Assembly (NCBI GenBank): GCA_031316235.1
Contig: JALDRA010000001.1
Span: 1,320,001 to 1,352,000, forward strand
Reading direction: 5' to 3'
DNA from: Candidatus Scalindua sp.
GTDB taxonomy: Bacteria > Planctomycetota > Brocadiia > Brocadiales > Scalinduaceae
Length of the DNA: 32,000 bases
Shown here: piece by piece, positions 1 through 6,535 of the stretch
Numbering within the stretch: position 1 is the stretch's first letter
Layout of the letters: every line of letters begins with the position of its first letter
Program-made: the position numbers and the translations under genes
The notes under the pieces: generated by a model
What the model was told of the DNA's origin: nothing
Database searches by the model: none
The model's input: the letters and a program-made list of their open reading frames with translations, nothing else

Positions 1-87
1 TTCATTCACCACCTCCTCTGCTTTATCTTTAGATACCAACATCGCTCCAAGCCCTAAACTGAGTATTTTTTTCAGAAGTTCCTGCAT
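1..87 (-). CDS. 5' end of a phasin-like small protein (COG3937-type); continues beyond the window start
   Basis: ATG at 87-85 with AGAGGGGG about 9 nt upstream. The translation MQELLKKILSLGLGAMLVSKDKAEEVVNE resembles, from memory, the conserved N-terminus of phasin / PHA-granule-associated proteins. Only 29 codons are visible. Confidence 0.4.
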   Translation of the reverse strand, partial: MQELLKKILSLGLGAMLVSKDKAEEVVNE

Positions 88-381
88 ATTTCACTACCCC
101 CTCTTAAATAAATTAATTCTGATCTAAATCCGATTCTCAGTATGATTCTACCTGACTTCCACGCAGCTTTTCCACACAAATCATCTTGTCTTCAACTTTT
201 ACTTTTCCCTGCAATACCGGGAAATACATACTAATAGTCTGAAGAACGGTATAAAACGCATTCCCCGCAGTGCTATCCGGGTATTGAGGGTTATACTGCA
301 ATATCAAGATCAAAATCCGTAATTTCATCGACTGCTGCCACCGCTTTGGCTGCTTTCGCTCAGCGTAACACCTTAACAAGA

Positions 382-414
382 TATACGAAAACCAAAACCT
401 GGCTGCTGGTATAC
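382..414 (-). repeat. Family-A element remnant (right arm with the big hairpin deleted)
   Basis: TATACGAAAACCAAAACCTGGCTGCTGGTATAC aligns to the right arm of copy A6 (GTACACGAAAACC...AAAACCAAGGCCTGGTTGCCGGTATAC), with the hairpin core missing. Confidence 0.45.
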
Positions 415-447
415 CCGCCCACCTGTACCAAATCGGGCAGGCATGTT
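413..447 (+). repeat. Family-D short intergenic motif, copy D1
   Basis: ACCCGCCCACCTGTACCAAATCGGGCAGGCATGTT matches 29703-29732 (TACCCGTCCACCCGTACCGAACTGGCATGTT) apart from a 5-nt indel. It also matches 4662-4689. Confidence 0.6.
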
Positions 448-569
448 TTTATCGGGTATCTATTGTGAACGAGCCGCCGGATGCCTGATAAGCTTCTCCT
501 CGTGAAAACTCGGAGGCATTCGGGTATGGCCAAACCGCATCTGCAAACATCGGTAACCCTGATTTGAAG

Positions 570-2090
570 CTAATTTAAGCGTGATATCGCTAGTTTTAAG
601 AGTCCGATCAGTTTGTCGGTATCGGCGGGCTTTGGCGCCGTAGAGAATCGAGAGTTACCCTTCCATTCAATGGTAAGGCTACTGTTTCCCAGAAGGGCTC
701 CAGCCTGTAACTCAGGCTGACCGGATTCGATATAGTGCGAGTAGGCATCGTCGCCGATACCTTTCACACGCGTCCAACCGTAGAGTTTAAATTTTTTATC
801 CCAACCCTTCTTTACGGACCCACTCGTTCGCAAGTAGAAGATTATTTTTACTTCGCCGAGACCCTGCATATTCAAAAAGTGGCATCTGGACTGCTGCTGC
901 TCAGTCGTGCCATCACCAGTGTTCTCATACACTTTTTCGACCGTGAAGCCCAAGTGTTGTTGTATCTCGGTTTCTGAAACCAGACAGGGACCACTGTTAG
1001 CTAACGACGGTGTGTTACCTCCCATAAACGAACGCCACGACGGGAGGGAGGAAGATTTTTGGCCGCTAACACCACCCTGGCTGCTCGTTATCACATCCCT
1101 GATTTTTTCTCCGGAACTCTTAACACCTGCCAGACCCTTTTCACCAAGCACCTTGTGCCCTTTTTCAATCTGTTCGAAAAAACCCTTTTCTCTGGAACCC
1201 GAGTTACCGGAATCCGAGATTCCTGAATTTGATCGACCAGGAATATGAAGCGGTTCGATACCTCCGTAGCGGCTGTACATAAGGTGTGCAAGCTCTGTCA
1301 GCTTTGGCAGATCATCCAGTGCCGCTTTCGGCTTCAGATAGAGCGAGATGGTCAATATGCTACCCCTCTTGGCCATACCGCCATGGTTCTGGTCCCACGA
1401 TTCACTTCCCAATATTTTCACTTGAAGCACTCCATTTCTGGATAGGGATGCAAAAGCGGATTCTCCAACCCCGGGAACATCAATGGGAGATTCTGCATCG
1501 TTTCGCATGCGTTCAAATGAACTTGCGGTGGTACTTCCGGTGTCTATCCATATCTTTACCCGGTCGTAGCTGCTGAACTGTGAATCGATCCGGCACCCCT
1601 CCTTCGGCTCCCCGGTTCGCTGGTCGGTTTCCCCTGTACTTACACCGTTTTTCACCGGTGCATCAAGTACTTCTGATACCTCCTCAGGAGTCAAGAGATC
1701 GCAAACCCCGCCGATTCCGGGACCACTATTGTGTGGTTGGCCGGGATACCAGACGCATTTCCATACACCCGTTCCCAGTTTCCCCGTTGCCTTCCAGGTG
1801 TCAGCATCCAGTAATTCATATGTCCCCCCGTCCTCCCACTGAGGAGAGCTGAGCGTCCATTTGTCATTGGATGCCTCTAATATTCCCCGGTGCTGTGCTT
1901 TCGTGTCCTGGCCGTGTAACCGATAGTGTCCGTCTGCTCTAACTACCCAGTACAGATCCCAATTGATACCAACCAGTTTCCATGTGCCCACGAGCCGCGA
2001 ATCTACTCCTCCATGCGATAAATCAGCATGAAAGATTGCCATGGTAAATACGACCATGAGGATTAAGGCAAAACGAAATGTGGATCTCAT
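570..2090 (-). CDS. Secreted hypothetical protein (506 aa) with an internally duplicated Cys-containing domain
   Basis: - Long ORF with ATG at 2090 and AAGGAG 6 nt upstream.
- N-terminal signal-like segment MRSTFRFALILMVVFTMAIFHA.
- Two related ~130-aa halves, each opening with C-x-L-[LV]-[TS]-x-x-E-[VI] (CDLLTPEEV / CLVSETEI) and carrying a second Cys about 40 aa later.
- A Ser/Gly-rich linker separates the halves.
- No family recognised. Confidence 0.8.
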   Translation of the reverse strand: MRSTFRFALILMVVFTMAIFHADLSHGGVDSRLVGTWKLVGINWDLYWVVRADGHYRLHGQDTKAQHRGILEASNDKWTLSSPQWEDGGTYELLDADTWKATGKLGTGVWKCVWYPGQPHNSGPGIGGVCDLLTPEEVSEVLDAPVKNGVSTGETDQRTGEPKEGCRIDSQFSSYDRVKIWIDTGSTTASSFERMRNDAESPIDVPGVGESAFASLSRNGVLQVKILGSESWDQNHGGMAKRGSILTISLYLKPKAALDDLPKLTELAHLMYSRYGGIEPLHIPGRSNSGISDSGNSGSREKGFFEQIEKGHKVLGEKGLAGVKSSGEKIRDVITSSQGGVSGQKSSSLPSWRSFMGGNTPSLANSGPCLVSETEIQQHLGFTVEKVYENTGDGTTEQQQSRCHFLNMQGLGEVKIIFYLRTSGSVKKGWDKKFKLYGWTRVKGIGDDAYSHYIESGQPELQAGALLGNSSLTIEWKGNSRFSTAPKPADTDKLIGLLKLAISRLN

Positions 2091-2244
2091 ATCATACTCC
2101 TTTCGTTAACGTTTTCTCTTGCATCATGGACTTAAGATAGACTCTGTGAACAAGATGATGAATAATAACAGCGCCAAAACCGGCACAGAAAGTCTCACAA
2201 AATGGTAGTGTAAACAACCCACATTTCCCTCCCTCCCGATTAAT

Positions 2245-4494
2245 TTAATGACCTGATGTTATGGTAAATGAGCCGCTCGCCACTTTTTCACCTTCTACAA
2301 TAATATCCACCCGGTAGGTTCCGGTTTCCCAGTTCCCGGGCTGACTCCAGCCATAACCGTGAAAATGAGAAGAAGATGTCCTGCCCTGTTGAATGGAGGA
2401 CTCCTTTGACTGACGAATGATAATGTTTCCATGTGGATCATAGTATTCTGCCGTTATGGTGAAATAGCTCTTCTTAGTTGGACTTGGGTAATTAAGGCTA
2501 AGCTCCCAATTTACGTTCCGAGTTGTCGACCTGGGGAAACTGGTACCATACTCACCCTTTCCACAGGGTTTCCAACTATTTCCTGTTTCATAGAAACGTA
2601 ATCCCGCGACCCTCGCATTCATGGACGGTATAACAACTTTTTCACCCCCGGTAATCATACTCTGGTTGTCTGCCGGATGTAAGACCTGATCTTCCTCTTT
2701 ATGCTGTTCTTTACGATTGTTTTCTGTACTCTTATGCAGTTGCTCACCGCTACCGGATTTTTGATCCTCCTCCCTAACAGGCTGCTGAATTTTTTCAGAC
2801 GAAAGATTTCCCGTTGTTACGGTAAAAGTGCCGCTTGCCACTCTTTGACCTTCGACAAACAGATCTGCCCGATAGGTACCTTGTTTCCATTTTCCGGGTT
2901 CATTCCAGCCATATCCTGAATTATGGTACGATGAGGTCCAGCCAGTTTCGATATAGGAATTCGTAACCCATTCTCTGATGAGATTGCCCTCGGGATCATA
3001 ATATTTTGCCATAATATTAAAATCTGTCCTCCGGTTCTGTTTAGGAAAGGCGAGAATGAGCTCCCAGTAGATATACCTTGCACCGGACTGAGAAAAAAGG
3101 GTTTGGTACGTTCTCTGCCCATATGGCGTATCTTCCATCCCACTTTCATAAAAACGCAGCTCCGTGACAGATCCATTAATCGTTGGTATAAAGTTCTCCT
3201 TCTCTCCTCTCTGTTTACTGAGATCTTCAACAGTCTTTGAGGACTCCTCTTTGCTCTTCGACACCCGGGTATCAGCCCCGCTCGAACTCGACAGATCTTT
3301 TTCTGAGGCCTTACGGAGCTTATTGAGAAACTCCGCATCTACCTTTTGACCCAAATCCACTGCCTTCTCTACATCCTCCAGGGCATTCCGGTAGTCACCC
3401 TTCTGGTTATGTGCAATACCCCGATTGTAGTAGGCGAGAGCATACGTGGAATTCAGCTTTATGGCCTGAGTGTAATCGGCAATCGCCTTCTCATTCTCAC
3501 CTTTGTTCTTGAAAGCAACACCCCGTCCGACATAGACTTTTGCATGTTTGGGGTCGAGCTTTATGGCCTGATCGTAATCGGCAATGGCTTTGTCATACTG
3601 GCCATTTTTACCGTAGGCAAGGCCACGGTCGCAGTAAACTCTAAAGTCATTGGGGTTAAGCTTTAAGGACAGGCTATACGCAGTAATGGCCTTGTCATAA
3701 AAGCCTCCCTTATAATGGGCAAGACCAAACTTGTAGAAGGAATCCTTATACTCAGGATTGAGCGCCATAGCCTTGTTAATCTCTGCAATCGCTTCATCCC
3801 ACCTCTCATTATTATAATACTCCAGACCTTTTTCAAAATAAATGTCTGCCTCGTCAGCAGCCGGAGAACTCTTTTTGTGTGGCACACCTCCATATGTTAT
3901 GGTAAAGGTACCGCTGGTCACATTCTGATTATCAACAAAAATATCTACCCGGTAAGTACCTATTTCCCAGTTTCCCGGAGTTTTCCACCCATATCCATGA
4001 TAGTGATAGGAAGAGGTCCATCCCGGCTCTATGTTAGATTGCAGCTTTAAGCGCGTCATAACATTTCCGTGGGGATTATAGAATTTTGACACTATGGTAA
4101 AATAACTCTTTCGGTTTGACTTTGGGAAAGCGAGCGTCATCTCCCAGTATATGTACCGGGTAGCGGACTTCGAGAATACGGTGCTATACTTTCTCTGACC
4201 ATAGGGTTGACCCTTAACATCACCTTCAAAAAAACGTAATCCTGTTACTTTCGCATTGAGTGATGAGATAAATTGATTATCGCAAAAGGCGAACCGTGCT
4301 GTTAAGAGCACTGTGAAAAAAAAGATCCAGAAACCGTAAAGTAAACATCCTGCCTGTAATCTGGAAATAAATAGAGACTCGGATCTCACAACCTTCTCAA
4401 GTGCCACGACATGTGATGGTGCGGAGGATGCGTTCGGTGGGGTGGTTATAGGGCTTGCCAACGGAACTCCCGAAGAAAAATGGTAATTATTCAA
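2245..4494 (-). CDS. Membrane-anchored TPR protein with three copies of an unrecognised ~120-aa beta-rich domain
   Basis: - 2.2-kb ORF with no ATG before the TM segment.
- TTG at 4494 is preceded by AGGAGG (4502-4507) 7 nt upstream. The alternative TTG at 4530 has no SD.
- One TM helix: LLYGFWIFFFTVLLTARFAF.
- The domain LRF-x-E...PYGQR-Y...R-YIYWE-LAFPK-NR...Y-P-GN...GWTSSYH-GYGW-PG-W-GTYR-D-FV...SGTFT-T occurs three times.
- About 170 aa of TPR repeats (AIA-Y-KAI-LNP type) lie between copies 1 and 2. Confidence 0.85.
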   Translation of the reverse strand: MNNYHFSSGVPLASPITTPPNASSAPSHVVALEKVVRSESLFISRLQAGCLLYGFWIFFFTVLLTARFAFCDNQFISSLNAKVTGLRFFEGDVKGQPYGQRKYSTVFSKSATRYIYWEMTLAFPKSNRKSYFTIVSKFYNPHGNVMTRLKLQSNIEPGWTSSYHYHGYGWKTPGNWEIGTYRVDIFVDNQNVTSGTFTITYGGVPHKKSSPAADEADIYFEKGLEYYNNERWDEAIAEINKAMALNPEYKDSFYKFGLAHYKGGFYDKAITAYSLSLKLNPNDFRVYCDRGLAYGKNGQYDKAIADYDQAIKLDPKHAKVYVGRGVAFKNKGENEKAIADYTQAIKLNSTYALAYYNRGIAHNQKGDYRNALEDVEKAVDLGQKVDAEFLNKLRKASEKDLSSSSGADTRVSKSKEESSKTVEDLSKQRGEKENFIPTINGSVTELRFYESGMEDTPYGQRTYQTLFSQSGARYIYWELILAFPKQNRRTDFNIMAKYYDPEGNLIREWVTNSYIETGWTSSYHNSGYGWNEPGKWKQGTYRADLFVEGQRVASGTFTVTTGNLSSEKIQQPVREEDQKSGSGEQLHKSTENNRKEQHKEEDQVLHPADNQSMITGGEKVVIPSMNARVAGLRFYETGNSWKPCGKGEYGTSFPRSTTRNVNWELSLNYPSPTKKSYFTITAEYYDPHGNIIIRQSKESSIQQGRTSSSHFHGYGWSQPGNWETGTYRVDIIVEGEKVASGSFTITSGH

Positions 4495-4661
4495 TACTAT
4501 ACCTCCTGTTTTTATCTTGCTATTTGACAAAATAGTACCGACAAGATAGTTTCAAAGGCTAACACTATAACACAGGCGATGTTACGATATCAATTCAAAA
4601 CTGCTAAACCAAAAAGTAACCATAACTACTGGAATTGAACTTAAAGTTAGATTCAATGACT

Positions 4662-4689
4662 CCGCCTGCCAGTACCGAACTGGTACGTT
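4662..4689 (+). repeat. Family-D short intergenic motif, copy D2
   Basis: CCGCCTGCCAGTACCGAACTGGTACGTT matches D3 at 22 of 28 positions, including the 12-nt core GTACCGAACTGG. Confidence 0.5.
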
Positions 4690-4883
4690 AGAGTAAATGC
4701 CTTAACCGACAATACCTGATGTGGTATACTGGTAGGAATTGTATCCACTGCCTCGCCTTCAAATGGCCTGTCATCCTGAAAATTAGGTATCCCGGGCCAT
4801 TGTCAGCAACAGATACTTTATAATCCGCCTCATAAGTTACCATGAAATTCTCGTGCACCCTCTTTTGTGCAGAAATTACCCGA

Positions 4884-5964
4884 TTACCTGATAGATTCAG
4901 CCAGTCGTACCAGATTAATGAACTCATGCCGGTAACCAAATGGATCTTTCCCTGATGCAGTCTCTGCTAATTTGATCACCTCTTCGTATGTGAATTGACC
5001 GGTATATTCCCCGCCCCGCAGGAGTTGCCCGAATGCGGCTACCGAAGCAGCAAAGTGAATGTCACCGGGAACCTCATCTATCTGAGAATACTCATTTTTA
5101 CGATTGATGGGTGTATGAATCAGCCGGCTTTTTTCCGAATCCGGCAATTTGTAACGAATCTTCAAGAAAGCGTATTCATTGTCAAATGATTCGTTCGCAG
5201 CACCTTTCTCGCTTCATTGAGGTTGTCGATGTATGCGGCATTCCCGTTTCCGTTTTGTACAAGCTCCTGCATAAGGGCATCATTATTGTTTCCCTGCCTA
5301 AACCCCAGAATAGATAGGAAGATGCCTGTTTCCCTCTTTCTCTCCACAAAACCTTTAAACTCATCAGGATCCCGGATTCCTACATTAAAATCACCATCGG
5401 TAGCCAGTATCACCCGATTCAGACCTTCTGTATTGAAATTCGCCTCTGCGAGCTCATACGCTTTCCTTATCCCTTCCCCGCCAGCTGTTGATCCTCCAGC
5501 CTGCAATTGATCCAGGGCCCCTGAAATCTTGCCCTTGTCGGCTCCAGTACCGTTCCTGCTACCCCGGCATAAACTACGATAGCAACCGTATCGTCTTCAT
5601 TGAGAGTGTTGACAAGCAGGCGGAAGGAATTTTTCAATAAGGGTAATTTGTCATGCGAATCCATCGAACCGGAGACGTCTATGAGAAAGACCAGGTTTGA
5701 AACAGGTTTTTCCTCTGCGATACTATCATATCCCTTAATTCCTATGTGCAGCACCCTGGTATACTCATCTCATAATGGTTTTCGGATAAAATCCGAGATA
5801 AAATTGAGCGAGTAAAGTCCTCGGCACTTTTTGTCCGGGGTTACCTTCACCAAGATTTGGTTTCCGGTAAAGCCGAAAACCAAATCGGTTTTAGTATATT
5901 ACGCACCCTGTCCGGGAAGTTTCATTTCCGCCACAGTGTTTCCGTCGAGGCGCCGAATAACGTT
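4884..5964 (-). pseudogene. Decayed VWA-domain protein gene (YfbK-like, VWA + C-terminal DUF3520-type region)
   Basis: - Three listed ORF fragments (5467-5754, 5162-5506, 4884-5165) in different frames together read as a VWA protein.
- MIDAS context NLVFLIDVSGSMDS is present, followed by LQAGGSTAGGEGI, ILATDGDFNVG, and the C-terminal AFLKIRYKLPD...FAASVAAFGQLLRG...GYRHEFINLV.
- There are frameshifts near 5520-5545 and near 5930.
- An internal stretch between the KVL... and ...NEYAFLKIRYK regions is missing.
- The N-terminal ~200 aa are absent.
- Family-A copy A1 is inserted at 5759-5902. Confidence 0.8.
5759..5902 (+). mobile_element. Family-A MITE-like element, copy A1 (full length with middle module), flanked by an 8-bp target-site duplication
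   Basis: - GTATACTCATCTCATAATGG...GGTTTTAGTATATTAC.
- The identical octamer GCACCCTG abuts both ends (5751-5758 and 5903-5910).
- Deleting the element plus one octamer rejoins the VWA reading frame (...NFPDRVLHIGIKGYD...). Confidence 0.85.
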
Positions 5965-5987
5965 TCAGATTGACATACTGTGCCGTA

Positions 5988-6016
5988 TTGACTTTGGTAA
6001 CATTTAAGTTTACAAT
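5988..6016 (+). promoter_or_regulatory. Sigma-70-type promoter candidate (TTGACT-17 bp-TACAAT)
   Basis: TTGACT at 5988-5993, a 17-bp spacer, then TACAAT at 6011-6016. It lies about 40 nt upstream of the ATG at 6057. Confidence 0.4.
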
Positions 6017-6056
6017 GCATGTTTATAATTAATATTCAGCGAAATCTTAACTACGG

Positions 6057-6269
6057 ATGAACATGAATACTCAACAGGAATATTATAAATGTGAAAGATT
6101 TGCCACTGACGAGTGCCCACACAGAGAGACACCGGTATTAAAAAAGTGTGAGCACCTGGATAGCAACAGGGAGACTGATTACGATGAGTATTCTGACACT
6201 GTTGACGAAGAGAATGAGCGCAGGGAGATCTGCGGTTACTGCGAGATGTTCTTACAAAAAGAGGTGTGA
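6057..6269 (+). CDS. Small acidic Cys-containing hypothetical protein (70 aa)
   Basis: - The ORF lies behind a near-consensus promoter.
- It has five Cys, including a CGYC pair and C-x7-C-x10-C.
- The C-terminal half is very acidic.
- There is no clear SD and no recognised family. Confidence 0.35.
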   Translation: MNMNTQQEYYKCERFATDECPHRETPVLKKCEHLDSNRETDYDEYSDTVDEENERREICGYCEMFLQKEV

Positions 6270-6535
6270 CGATGCATGCTTAGCTGACCGGCTTGCACAG
6301 GAGACGTGAAAACTGCTGTAAGCAAAAGGCAGGAAAAGATATTTCCAATAACAGTTCATCGAATCCATTCGAACTCCATGAGGAGCGAGGCAGCGTATCG
6401 TGTGAAATCCTGGCCATCTCCGTCCTCTGCCCGGGAGAAGCGAAATACACCTGCCCACCATTTTCCCCTTCAGGTCTCGATTCTTAAGCCCGGCAGATTC
6501 CTTTCCCACCGTCCTCCCCTCCTCTTAATCCCTCT

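Noticed and set aside
137-379. An 80-aa minus-strand ORF between the phasin-like gene and the 506-aa gene.
   Set aside because: It has no SD, an odd composition and no recognisable motif. The region is more plausibly 5' UTR or promoter plus repeat debris (family-A and family-D remnants lie just beyond).
880-894. TGGCAT-CTGGA-CTGC, a good -24/-12 match on the plus strand.
   Set aside because: It lies antisense inside the 506-aa coding region with no downstream plus-strand gene and no shared flanking conservation with the two paired boxes. It is probably chance. A similar TGGCAC-N5-TTTC inside hutU (about 28084-28098, minus strand) was dismissed for the same reason.
4688-4939. An 83-aa minus-strand ORF overlapping the 3' end of the VWA pseudogene.
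   Set aside because: It overlaps the better-supported VWA C-terminal frame and has no start context or motif. It may be further pseudogene debris.
5600-5815. Short ORFs that translate family-A repeat copies into similar peptides such as YSSH-GFRIKSEIKLSE or HQDLVSGKT-NQIGFSI. They are 5600-5815, 11811-11999, 12808-13104, 17303-17491, 22999-23202, 31061-31303 and 31089-31442.
   Set aside because: The shared peptides simply reflect the repeated DNA. Frames and orientations differ between copies, the hairpin-deleted copies break the frames, and none has a start context. They are not genes.
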